A stretch of 64,000 nucleotides of DNA from Chrysomallon squamiferum (taxonomy: Eukaryota > Animalia > Mollusca): positions 18,104,001 to 18,168,000 of the forward strand of contig CM022678.1 in assembly GCA_012295275.1 (NCBI GenBank), given 5' to 3'. The notes under the pieces are model-generated. The model was not told where the DNA came from and did no database searches. It saw only the letters and a list, made by a program, of their open reading frames with translations. A program made the translations under genes and the position numbers. Of this stretch, positions 1-13,386 are shown in pieces. Within the stretch, counting starts at the first letter, position 1, and the number at the start of each line of letters is the position of its first letter.

Positions 1-260
1 TACAAAGTCCTCATTTTCAGTCAGTACTAATATCCTACATAGTCCTCATTTTCAGTCAGTATTAACATCCTGCATAGTCCTCATTTTCAGTCAATACTAA
101 TATCCTGCATAGTCCTCATTTTCAGTCAATACCAATATCCTACATAGTCCTCATTTTCAGTCAGTATTAATATCCTGCATAGTCATCATTTTCAGTCAAT
201 ACTAATACCCTACATAGTCCTCATTTTCAGTCAATACTAATACACTACATAATGCTCATA
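1..260. repeat. 35-bp minisatellite (agtcctcattttcagtcaatactaatatcctacat), about 7 copies, truncated by the window edge
   Basis: Unit starts at 6, 41, 76, 111, 146, 181, 216. Confidence 0.95.
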
Positions 261-1694
261 TTTAGTTACACCAAAATATATACATATACATATATATATA
301 TATTGTTGTATTGTTAAAATTGTGTTTTTGTTTCATTAAATATCATAATAAAAAACCAAATGGAGCCTTACTTTAATGATAAATGTTTTCTTTTTTTACT
401 TGTTTGTTTGCACTCTGGTGTTCAAAGAACCATTTGTTACATTAATATTACACTTTTTTCTTCTTTTTTCCCAAAATGTAAATGAGCTTAAATGCTTTTA
501 CAAAACATGACATTGGCTTCAAGCCAGTTTTCACTGGGAAATAAAAAATGTGAAAAAAGTATTTCAAATTTTTTTAAACTTGTCAACCTTGCCAAGGAGG
601 CTTGTAAAATATCTTTTTCACACATTTTAAACAAGAACAAAAACAAAAACAAAAACAAACAAAAAAAAAAAAAAAGAAAGAAAAAGAAAGAAAAAAAAAA
701 AAACCCTGCAGACTTCTACCAAACAATTTTTCACATTACCAGTACTCAGAAAAATTTAAAATGCCTGGCAGATTTTCACGTAACTTTTAATTATTCAAAT
801 CAAATGCCATCAGCTAAACTGTACAAAGATTTTTTTATTTATTTACTTTTTTTTCCATGCCGTCTGGCAAATTTAATAGTGCTTGCAGAATTTTCGCATC
901 TAACACAATTCAATAAACACTTGGAGACGAATTCTACATAAAAAAAAAAAAGACCTCACGGAATTCTCTGCTAGTTTCTGATTAGATGCCATAGATCAAC
1001 ACTTCCGTACAGATGTCACCCATCTCAGACGCATTCACATTTATAGATCTGTTGACCTCTGACCCCCAAACTGCAGTATATGAGCTAATCCATCAAATGA
1101 CTCGAGTTTTAAGCTGGGTAGCCGAGATAATAACTATGCAAATCAGAGTAGGATCGGAAACAGAAGTAATTCTAGACTTGTAATGCAAGTAATGAATAAA
1201 ACTTTGGGAGAAATTGCAGAAGAATCAAAAAAGGATTTTACCCATGATGCACAATTTGATAAATATTTACATCTATTCAAAGTCCAAGAAGTAAAAAAAT
1301 TTGGTGCAGATTATTCAATATAATTGCTGATGGAGTTAACAGTATCTGTTAATATAGGAGTTCAAGCATATATGTCCAGTGCACCTTTTTGCTAAGTATA
1401 AGACAGGTTATCACAAATCTGAGATATCTATATCTATCTATCTATCTATCTATATAAACAATATGAAAAAATGTTCCCTCACACACACACACACACACAC
1501 ACACAAGCTTAAAAATGGATCTTTATAAAATATCACAATCAATTTGAGATCTCTGTAAGGAAGCTGGATATGTATGTATGTATATAAGTATACATGTATG
1601 GATGTCTAGATATGATTCCATGTTTTCCCACTGTCAGTGAGAATGAATAAACTCTTTTCATTTCCAGCTCTTCAAGAACAAACAGAGAGCACAC

Positions 1695-1834
1695 AAAAAT
1701 ATCAATAACTGAAAATAATCTACAACAAATAGTTTTAATTTTTCACGACCAAACCCTATGATTCATTAGCATAAAGCAGACTTAAATAAAGATACATATA
1801 ATAAAAACAGCAGTCATTTTCTGTAATCTACAGC
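1695..1834 (-). repeat. Inverted copy of array sequence 2082-2226
   Basis: aaaaatatcaataactgaaaataatctac...cagcagtcattttctgtaatctacagc is the reverse complement of gctgtagattacagaaaattactgctg...gtagattattttcagttattgatattttt. Confidence 0.9.
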
Positions 1835-2058
1835 GCATGCATGCACACAAACACACACACACATTCATATTTATTTCAACAAATATTCAGTCAGTACTTT
1901 TTTTCAAGTTTTCTTTTCATACTGAAAGTGACACAGGTATTGTAACATTAACATTCCAGTTTCTACCAGTTTTTATGGATCATCATGGATATTGAAAACT
2001 GTGGAGAGTGCAAGTATTCGAGATTTCCATGCCAAGGACATAAAGGATTATCTCTCCT

Positions 2059-2950
2059 CATGAACATCAAAATCATCATTTGCTGTAGATTACAGAAAAT
2101 TACTGCTGTTTTATTATAATGTATCTTTACTTAAGTCTGCTTTATTGCTAATGAATCATAGGATTTGGTTGTGAAAAATTAAAATCACTGTTAGGTCGTA
2201 GATTATTTTCAGTTATTGATATTTTTATTATATTTACCTTTACTCAAGACTGCTTTATCACTAATCAAACAAGGATTTGGTTATGAAAAATGAAAACCAT
2301 TAGTTGAAGATTATTTTTAGTTAGTTGGTGTCTTAGTTATATGTGTCTTTACTTAACACTGCTTTATCAAACATAGGATTTGGTCATGAACATCCAAAAT
2401 CACCGTTTGTTGTAGGTTATTTATAAGTTAAAGATATTTTTATTACAAATAGCTTATACTTAAGTTTATTTTGAGTTAGTTGGTGTCTTTATTTATGTAC
2501 ATCTTTACCAAAGTCTTTACATCTTTTCATAGGAAGTGCTAGACACAAACATCCGTCATGAAAAACAAAAACCACCATTTTTCAAGAAAAATGAATGTTA
2601 TTGATATTTTTATTTTAAGCAGCCTTACTCAAGACAGCTAAATAGCAAGTTACAAATGCTATCTTTGGACTTGGAAATCAAAACCACCAGTTCTGGAAGG
2701 TTATTTTAAATTATTGATATTTTTATTATACGCATTTTTACTAAAAACTGGCTTAATCAGACATAGCCTTTGGTCATGAAAATCAAAACCTCTGCTTTCT
2801 GTAAATTACTGTGAACTACTGATACTTCTACATGTATCTTTACTTAAGAGTTAAAACTATTGTACAGTGAGTCAGACATCATTTTTGCTCTTAAAAATCA
2901 AAACCACCGTTAATTGCACATTATTTTAAGATAGCTTTTTAATTATTTTT
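2059..2950. repeat. Degenerate ~110-bp tandem array, about 8 copies
   Basis: Recurring (c)atgaaaatcaaaacc...agattattttcagttattgatattttta...ctttacttaag...ataggatttgg at about 2059, 2171, 2283, 2386, 2558, 2671, 2776, 2890. Confidence 0.85.
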
Positions 2951-3269
2951 ATCATTATTGTTATTATTTTAATCAGTATTAATATTATCAATAGCTTACT
3001 TCTTTCTTTGATTTGCTATGCGTGATCATTATTTTTGAATGTCTTCACTTCAGTGTGAATCAACAATAAAGATTTATAGATGCACTGAAAAGTATTGATC
3101 TCACAGCTTGTCATTTTTCAAGCCATCACTTTAACCATAGTTCAAGTTAGTGTGGCATAAAATTTACTATATTTTTATCTAAATGTTGTTAATAAATATT
3201 CTTAACAACAACAGACTTCAAGAAATATAATAAAACATGTTCCATTTCTAGATTTAATTAAATTAATAA

Positions 3270-3311
<42 letters not shown>

Positions 3312-3385
3312 TAATAAAAATAATAATAATAATAAAATAATAAAAATAATAATAAAAAATAATAATGATAATAATAAAAAATAAT

Positions 3386-3416
<31 letters not shown>

Positions 3417-4394
3417 TAATAATAATAATAATAAAAATAATAATAATAATAAAAAAATCCAGACACTGTAAGATTAAAACGTTTCTTTACATGTAAACAC
3501 AGCAGATTAATTTAAATTTTTTATTTCATCTGCAAATTGTCGACTTTCTTATTATACCCATAAATCACAAAGACTACAGGACAATTCCATTTTGAGATTG
3601 GCAAAAGTAAACGCTTTACATGGTGAATTCCTCTGGGAAGAATCAATAGATCTGAGTCAGCTGACCGATTGATTTGTAACAGGACTAAGTGGTCCACTGC
3701 GCCGTCCCATCTCGTCCATCTACACAGTTATCAGTACATGTCCTGTCCATTCACAAAGTGACTGAAGTGTAGATCTATATACACACTTGTTTTGGGGATG
3801 GTTAGACAGATATAGAAAAACAGACAGACAGACAGACAAATATTAAAGGAAAGGGCAAGGAAGTATCTCCAACATAATGAAAAGAGAGAGAGAGAGAGAG
3901 AGAGAACAAGTTAAAGAAATATACAGAACAAATGCAAACTGAAAACAAGATAGATATAATGAGAGATAGAGAGAGAAAGCCAGAGAAAGACAGACAGAGA
4001 GAGAGAAAAAAAACCCAAGATAAACATTAATGAGAAATGTAACAAAGAAAAATAAAAAGCTGAGAGAGAGAGTCAGACAGACAGACAGACAGACAGACAG
4101 GCAGACTGGCAGAGAGATGGAACCATACCGACGACACTGAAGCTGTTATATAACACAGACTGGTATCAAAATGTATCAGTATGAATTATATTGATCTCTG
4201 CGATAAGCTTACTGCTTTTTCAAGTGTTTCTAATCAACTTACAACTCTCTTTTATAGCAGTACAAGCCTGTGTAATCAATCAAACAGGATGAGTTTTTGT
4301 CTATGTGAGCTGCTATCTGTAATAATCAGAGGAAATTAAAATAGCTGGAAACTGCTGGTAATAACATGCACTTAGCTATGACTCGGATCATCAG

Positions 4395-4875
4395 TGGGTT
4401 GGAAAGGGTGAATCCACTTTTAAAAGTATGTGGCAGCTGTGATTAGTATGATGAATCCAGTTTTAAAAATACATAACAGCTGTAAATTAAAAGGGTGAAT
4501 CCACTTTTGACTATACTTCATGACCGAGAAGAATGAATGCAGTTTTAAAAGTTCACGATGACTGTAATTAGAAAAGTACGTGATAGCTGTATTTAGAATG
4601 GTGAATCCAAACGTGACAAAATGTTATGACTGAAAATTATGAATCTATTTCGGACTGTATTAGACTGTAAAAAGAATAATGAATCTATTTTTGAGTATGC
4701 TGGTGTCTGTGAAACAAATGATGAAAGCAATTTAAATGTAGAACGTCACTCCTGAGATTAGAAAAATAATAGAAAAATGAATCCATTATTGAATATAGTT
4801 GTTGACTGTGATTTGAATAGAGAATCTAATTTTGAATGTTCTTGCCCGTTGTGATTATAATGGTGAAACTACTGT
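4395..4875. repeat. Degenerate ~42-bp tandem repeat (gaatccacttttaaaa...gctgtgattaga...)
   Basis: gaatc(c/t)a anchors roughly every 40-44 bp. Confidence 0.7.
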
Positions 4876-6352
4876 TAAGTGTTTGTTATGTGTGTATCTT
4901 TGTATGTGTATGTATGTGTGTGTGTGTGTGTACATGTTATTTTTTTTTATCTGTACAGCACAATTTAATACTTAACTGCACTTACAATGGTTTTTTTTCC
5001 ATTTTTCCAAAACCATTTTTTTTTACACTTGTTTTTGTTTTTTTAATAGGTTGTTCAATAGTTGTCAAATGTTTTAGCAGTTGTGTAAGCCAGACAAATC
5101 TAGCACTGAATGTAGATCAATACCCAGAAAAAAACCACACATCATCTAACCAGATCGAAGATGAAATTCAACAATCCCATTCATATCTAATTACTGAGAA
5201 TGTGCGCATCACTGATTTCCTTTCCTCTAAATGACTGATTTAATCGGCTTACAACTGACAAGAACTGAGACAAGAAACAAGATCTGGTATAACTTCAAGC
5301 CTGAAACATACTAGGATCAATACTTGGCATATCTATTTGATTATCATTTTTTTTAATTTTATTTCAGCTTTAGGGCAATAGGTTGTAGGATCAACCCTTC
5401 TTGGAGGAAGTGACAGAACATGTCCATGTTTCATTTTTATAAATAACAGATAATAATTCAATCTTCTCTGATAAACCACATGGATCTTTTTCTTTCTTGT
5501 TTCAACCAATTTCACTAAGATGTAGGATTAATTTCTTCTTTCAGATATTTTGGGAACTTTTCCTGTTTCAGTCTATGAACAATGTTTTGTAAGATGAATC
5601 CTTTAGACCTTTTTATTGATCAGCCAAAGTCTTTGAGTTGAATACCAATTGTGGTCCTTTTATAGTCTATTGGGATTTGGATCTTGGAGCCCATTTTTCT
5701 GTTTTGTCCTGTGAGCAATGGATTACCCATCAAACATCTTGATGAGCCCTATGGACCATGTATCTGTTTCAGCTAACCCTTGTTGCTGAATCATGTATTT
5801 CACCAATGGATTACAAGGTGAATGATCTTCAGTAAAATCATTTGGCAATTTCACTGCATCAGCCTTAGGGAAAATGGTTGTGGAATCAGTAATTCTCTGT
5901 AAGGCTGTCATGTCATGTCATGTCACTGTTTCAGTGTACAGGAATATGGTTATTGGATCAATCCTTTTTGCTGATCGAATAGTAGTTCTTTATTTCTTTG
6001 ATTTTTCTTTTTTTTCTTCTAAAGCTGTGTGTAAAGGGTTGCAAATTATACAAGATTGTTATAGCCCGCAGTAATGTCAATCGTCTATAAACCAAATCAG
6101 CCATTTCAATATTTCAGCCTAATGGGGTTGTATGTAGGTTCATTTCTTGTTGGTTAAGTCCTGCAGGTAAATCCTATTATTTAACAGACATTCAGCAACT
6201 TGTATCAAATGCCACAGTGTGAGATGTGTTTGGAACTGTGCATTTAAAAACAATATTTTTGACTGTTAATCAACCACTCCAGTGGTTTTTGTTTGCAAAC
6301 TCAATTATTCTCAATTTTCATTAATAAATAAACTTATGTGTGTTTAAAAAAG

Positions 6353-6384
<32 letters not shown>

Positions 6385-7881
6385 GAAAGAAAACTGCAAA
6401 CAAATTCATTCACTGTAATGAAAAATAAATTGTGCAAATTTAGATAAATATCTGTGTAATAACATTAGGGAAAAAGAAATAATAATAAAAAATATATATA
6501 TATATATATATAAAAAAAAAAAAAAATTCAGCTGCAATCATATGAGTTGCAATTACCTGCAAGGGATCAATCTACTTCAGAAAAAGATACATATCATTAT
6601 TTTTGATAAACCAGTCACAGAGTTGTGGCTGATGTGGGAAACAGCTATGTAAGAATACTACAGAGGATTGATCTCATAAATCACACATCAGACAAATTGT
6701 CTAGCACGAAGCTACAGAATGCTACAGTGCAATATGAAAGATCAGGGGTTTTGAAGAAATCATCAGACATTTTGTTGTTTTAGAAAGCAATCATAGAGTT
6801 ATGAATGAAATTGGTTTCTTCATAGATTTTTGAGGGTTTTTTCTGTTAAAGTAAATGCATGCGAAATGAATGAAATGATTACCGGTGTGTGTGTGTGCAC
6901 GCGCGCGCACGCATATATATACACACATACATGCACATGTAAACGCAGCCAGTCATACATGAACAAAATAAAATTTACATCAGAAATATTTATGCAAAAT
7001 TTTAAAAACAAACTAAATACACACACTCACAAATAAAAATACATGCATACATATGGATGCATACCGTCACATACAGACAAAAACCAACTGTTTATGATGT
7101 ATCAAAAGTGTATTAAAAGTGTTAACTAAGATGTAATACATAAATAAATTTATCTTAACTAAATGTTGAGAAGGAAAGTTATGAATGAAAAATGACAAAA
7201 TGAGTCCTACTAAATCTTCACATCTACTTCCTCAAATAAAGTGAGAAATAATTTCACAAAATACAAACATATGCATTTCAACATTCTTCCTGTTTTCAGT
7301 GACCAAACATACTTAAGTCACTTCACTGACATATATAAATATTTATTTATATGTATGTATGTATGTATGTATGTGTCACTGTTGTACGACAAAAGAATTA
7401 AAAAAAAGACTGTTATTCTAATTATTAACATCACCATTTCTGTAATGATGAAGATAAAAAGAAGAAAAATGATTAGATAACACTAATACACACCCAAGGA
7501 ATGTATTTTCAAAATTTTAATTAACCTTTTTTTTTTGTTAAAATTTAATACCTGTCAAAAATATGGATTACAAAGTTATGCAATACATTTTACAATATTA
7601 CATTGATCTGCAAAACTTGCATAGTAATGTTTGACATGATACAGAACAAAATCTACATCATACACTCACACCCACACTTTATCGATATCTATTATCTGAA
7701 ATAAAACAAATTTAAACTAATATAGTCAGTATTATATCATGAAAGAAATAGGTTTTAGAAAAAAATGAAAAAGATGAATTTTTCCTATCAATATCTCAGT
7801 CAGGACAAGTTCATCTTCCATTTTCAGCAATCAGAAATTACATACATAAATAACTGTTGAAGTTCCTATCAACAATTGGAA

Positions 7882-7912
<31 letters not shown>

Positions 7913-8169
7913 ATGAATAAATATAAAAAAAAATAAAAAAATAAAAAAATAAAATAAATGAATAAATAAATGAATAAATAACACAGAAGTATCTACAAAA
8001 AAAAACAGAAAATATATTCACACAAGGATTACTACCAGGATCTCAATTACAGCAAGTTAGACTAAAATTCTCAACAGTGCCTGAAGACGTGTTCCAGAGT
8101 CTTACAGTAATTACACTGCAAGTATTAGACACTTCAGTTTCTTTCCAGGGATTCAGTAATTGGTTGAAT

Positions 8170-8305
8170 TCTAACCAGGCAGGCACAAACAAAATTGAAG
8201 CAAATTTGAGGAATAAACATTTACAAAAGTGTATTATACATTTCTAACCAGGCACAAATGAAACTGAAGCAAATTTGAGGAATAAACATTTACAAAAGTG
8301 TATTT
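8170..8305. repeat. Direct duplication of about 70 bp
   Basis: ttctaaccaggca...gaagcaaatttgaggaataaacatttacaaaagtgtatt occurs twice. Confidence 0.85.
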
Positions 8306-9214
8306 TACAGCTTGGCCATGGTGCATGAAGGAAGCTTTTGCATGCAAAAGAACTCTTTGTTGCCTGTTTTGAAAAATGAACATTATGTGGTGAAATATTG
8401 TGGTGTAAATAGAAATTCCTAGAACACACCAATTAAAGACTATGTATTTTAATTTTTCATTTAGAATGTGTACATTTCATAGCAGATTAACTTACAAAGA
8501 TATTTTTCTAGAGGACAAACAAAGATATGTTTGGTATTTTTTAAGAGGGCCATATGATGACAATATGGATGACATCAGCCGAATGTCATGATGACATGTA
8601 TGATCTAGTTTTCAATCATGCCACACTAAAAGTAAAAACATATCCATGATAAACTAACTTTATGATTTCAGGTTTTTTTTCAGATGTTCAAAATTTGTTG
8701 AATTCTCTAAAAAAATCTCATGACTTCTGCTGGACTCAATAACTGTAACTTTTATTCAGTGCTGAATTTTAGTGCTTGCACCCAGAGACCTCCAGAAGTT
8801 ACCACTTTCTTTTTTTCATCTTTCTTCCATTTGAAGATATTACTAGGAGCCCAACAGTAACAGTAACCTAGGGTCTTATAAAATCTTAATCAGACTTTGC
8901 TTGGACATTTTTAAAAATTGAAAATTAGGATTTTCATGTGAATAAGTAATTGCAGAAATAATTAAGAGACGAAAGAAACTGTTTATTTGAATATGGAATC
9001 TAAATACTTTTAAAATACAGTTGTAGCTTATTGTACAGTTAATGAGTTATACTTATGATTAATTAATCATACAGTGATATTTATTACATTAATTAATCAT
9101 CAAAGAGATAACAATAAAGGATTCTCACTGCAGTAACACAGTAAAACAATAATTTTTTCCCCTTCTTGTTGTCTGTTATTGATCAATCATTTAATTGCAT
9201 CTTCCCAAGTGAAG

Positions 9215-9350
9215 AAATCACAGCAGTAGTATCAACTTGCTGTGGAGCACTGCCTAGACTGGGAAATATCTGATAATGAGCTCTTCACGAGAAGTAATTC
9301 CTTAACCAATAACACCTCAGGCAAAACTCTACTACTGAGCTACATGCTTC
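9215..9350 (-). mobile_element. Degenerate SINE 5' fragment
   Basis: gtggagcactgcctagactgggaaata...actctactactgagctacat reads in reverse as a tRNA-like head (gtagctcagtagtagag A-box). Confidence 0.4.
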
Positions 9351-9604
9351 AATGTAACAGGCTAAAGAATTAATACCAAATGGTTTTTTAAAAAATCTTG
9401 TTAAAATTTAGACATGCTGATAAAATCCCCATGAATATTTCTTAAATAAGGTACTTCCATTTATATATATATTTAAACTAATTAAAAATAAAAATTAAAC
9501 CAAACAATAACAACAACAAAGAGAAAAAGAAAAAAAGAAATCACAAATGTAAGATTAAATATTAATCATCTGAAGCAGGAATTTATCATTCTTGAATGAC
9601 TTAC

Positions 9605-9689
9605 CTTTCCAATGCATTGTTTCAAAATGCTCCAGAAACTGAAATCATTTCTTGAAAACATCGGCACTGGAAGTGTTGTTCTGTACTGA
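9605..9689 (-). CDS. OSBPL1A: ORP1 exon encoding the ORD N-terminal lid (QYRTTLPVPMFSRNDFSFWSILKQCIGK)
   Basis: poly-T/gcag acceptor, AAG|gtaagt donor, 85 nt; close match to the ORP1/ORP2 RTxLPxPMFSRNDFSxWSIL motif. Confidence 0.95.
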
Positions 9690-9915
9690 CTGCAAAAAAA
9701 ACAAACAAAAATAAACACAAATCAGTATAAATAAAATCATCTCTTATTACTAACACACTTGTCAAATATATCAATAGTTTATATATTGTGTAATGTAGAA
9801 AGGATGTAGTTCTATTTTATTTATTTTTTATTACCTTTTGTGCATTTAAAATAATTATCATTAAATACTTTTATCAAATAAATAAACAATCAACAGAATA
9901 AAGGAATGCAGAGAG

Positions 9916-9949
<34 letters not shown>

Positions 9950-12391
9950 GCTTAATAGTACATTTTAATAATAGTGCACACACACACACACACACACACA
10001 AATGATTTTATTCACACACATTAAATTAAGCTGTATGTTATTTTAATACCTAGTAGAAACATCTCAGTAATTAATATAAACACCAGAAATTAACTAAAAC
10101 CGTCATTAGGAATTTAAAATAGTGGAATTTAAAATAGAGGAATAACAACTATGTCAAGCTGTCACGTTGCTGATCATCAGAATAATGCACACAAAAGGTT
10201 ACAACATCGCAATCTCACATTCTGAATGTGCTGTTCAGTAAACAGATTCCCAGCCTTACTGCGTTGCTTTGTAAATAACAGATTCATTCCATGTATCAGT
10301 TATAAAACTTTTATCATATATCAAAGACAAGCAGTCTAATATTTGTTCAAAGATATGAAGATAATTTTTTTCATCTCTGTATGTGTGTGTGTGTGTATTT
10401 ATTTGTTTTTATATTTCTATGCATGTCTGTAGGTATATGTGTAAGCCTGTATGCATGTGTTTGTGTGTGTGTGTGTGTGTGTGTGATGTATCTGTCTGTA
10501 TATTATAAATGCCTATGTATGTGTTACATATGTAGGTTTGTGAATATATTTACAATTGTTTTATATATATTATGATCCAAAGTTGTGATCAATTTCAAAC
10601 AGTATCTTTATAGATATTGATTACATGCAGCAGCTGTATTTGAAATATTCTGTTATTGCTAGCATTTTCAAGTAGAAGTGAAGTTTATTATTAGTGTATT
10701 TTACACACACCCATACATGTATATGAATATATCTATAGACACACACATATACATATGAATATATTGAAACAAATATTGACAAATAATAAAATGAAAGGTG
10801 TATTGCATATCTGAGACACAAATCAAATGAGATGTAGTTTATCATTGTCACTACAATGTACTTTTATCTTTACCAGTAAAAATGTATTTTATCATTACCA
10901 GTAGAATGTATTTTTATCATTATCAGTAGAATGTATTTTTATCATTATCAGTAGAATGTATTTTATCATTATCACTAGAATGTATATCATTACCAGTAGA
11001 ATGTATTTTTATCATTATAAGTAAAAATGTATTTTTATCATTACCAGTAAAAATGTATTTTATCGTTACTAGTAAAAATGTATTTTATCGTTAGTAGAAT
11101 GTATTTCAACATTATCAGTAGAATGTAATTTTATCATTATGACTAGAATGTATTTTCCATACATAGATAAAAATTGCAAAAAATAAAACAACAACTGTAA
11201 TATATATTAAAAAATTTAATCATATATGTAAGACATATCTCAACAATAACTGCAATATACTTAAAATGTTCATCCTTTTATCAAGATGTGTCTTAAACAA
11301 AATTTTATCATATATCTAAACAAATCTTAAGGACAACTGTAATACATTTAATTTTTTTATTATCCTTTATCTAGACATAACTTAACAACAACTGTAATGG
11401 ATTTTAAAATAATTGTGCTAGGTTTTAAGAAACAATCTTTTCATGTTTATCGTACTAGCACTTTAATATGTACATTATTAAATACAATAATCCCAGTGGG
11501 TTTTGAACCTTCAATCAATGGAACACATGGGATAAACATCAGGATATCGTATAAATAAATTAACAAATGGATATTGATGGTTTGGGATATGGAGATGTGA
11601 GACTGAGTATAAGCTTTCTTATAATATTAACATTAATATTTGATGGTAATAATACTAATACTACTACTACTAATAATAATAAAGATTTAGTTTAATACTG
11701 ACAACTATATATATATATATCTATATATAGTTATGTATGTCTTTATGTGTGTGTAAACAAATGATCATAATCTCCACCCCTCCCTAAAAATCAACACAAC
11801 AAACTCCCCTAGAAACCAATATAAGTACACAAAACTACAGAAATGTATATTATAGTCATGCAGCAACAAGTTTCAAAGCTGTTGTTATTAAACCAGTCTA
11901 AACAAATAAACTAAGAAATTCAAAGACGTAAATAACTCAATACAATAATTTGACAGCTAGACTCAATACATCATATTTTATTTTCAAATACTTTGACATT
12001 GTTGTACTCTAACAGCAAATGTCAAATTACTTAAAGTACGTGTGGGTGTATGGATGTGTGTGTCTATAAATATAGACTTAGTTATAAGTATACAAATATT
12101 CTTGTAAGTAAATGTCGGATACATTAATATGACAAGATGATTAAATATATATGATTTCTGTATTTTGCTAGATAAATAATTATATTTAGTACTGTCTGGG
12201 GCTGAATCGGTGCTAAATAATATATTAATTATGTGACAGGAATAGTAAATATTTCTTTATTTGTTGTTCAGTTGACATCTATAACACCAGTTTATAACCA
12301 GGTCATACATGATTCAAATAATTAAAAATAAAATAAAATAAAATAAAAATAAAATAAAACGAAATAAAATAAAATCAAATAAAATATGAAA

Positions 12392-12422
<31 letters not shown>

Positions 12423-13316
12423 ATACATAAAAGTAACAAAAAATTTAAAATAAACAGATAAAAAAAAAAAAAATTTTTTTTTTTTTTTTTTTTTTTAAAG
12501 TTCTTCTCTAACGATTCCCTACAACTGGACCTGGAAAAAGTAATTAAAACTAATGTGTATTTGTAAATGAAAAAAACTACCAAAAAAAAAAACAGAGACA
12601 TTTGTAGGATGTTAGCATTATACAAATAATATTAAGTATAAAATCAACTAATGCATTATCCTCATTACCATTTAAAACTACATCATCATCATTATTTTTA
12701 AAAACTCTATGTCCTGTATTAATCAATTTAGATGCAAATGAAACAACATATTCTGCAGTTCCACTTACTCAAATGAAAATCTGATTCCATGCACATGTAT
12801 TGAACTGGTAATAAGAAATACAGAAAAGTAAGGTCTATTTGTGACAACAGAGAAAAGTTAATAAAAAAAAAGTATTTGCAGTCTGAACTGTTGGTTAACT
12901 TTGGCTCATTCATTATTTAAAGAAAAAAAAATTAATCCTGTCTTTGTATGTGCACTGATAAATTTAGCCAGCTGTTTCAGTCTGAAGATATTTCAAGTAT
13001 GAGACACATTAATTAATTATAAAACAGAAAACTAAGATAGGAAATAGAAGTGAAAAAATATAAATGAGATGGAAAGGAAAGAGAATGGATAGCTGTTACC
13101 TATTTTTTTTTCTTCTTTTTTCAAACATACTGAGACTGCAAATTGTCTTTCACACACACAGAGAAATACATATTTTTTTTGTTCTCAAAATATTTATCTT
13201 TGTGCATACAAATACAAACACATTCTCATTCATACTCTCTCTCTCTCTCTTTTTGTTTGTTATGTTATTTCTCTTTGTCTGTTTGTGTTTGTGTCTCTCT
13301 CTCTCCCTTCTCTGTT

Positions 13317-13386
<70 letters not shown>

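Noticed and set aside
1-260. 35-bp direct repeats that look CRISPR-like in size
   Set aside because: Head-to-tail copies with no unique spacers, in a eukaryotic intron, with no cas genes
492-941. 149-aa ORF with poly-Lys
   Set aside because: AT-rich intronic sequence with poly-A runs, antisense to ORP1, no domain features
1-9604. Search for the next ORP1 exon (expected ELSKITMPV.FNEPLSFLQR-like)
   Set aside because: Not found by eye on the minus strand; presumed to lie left of the window, though a manual miss is possible
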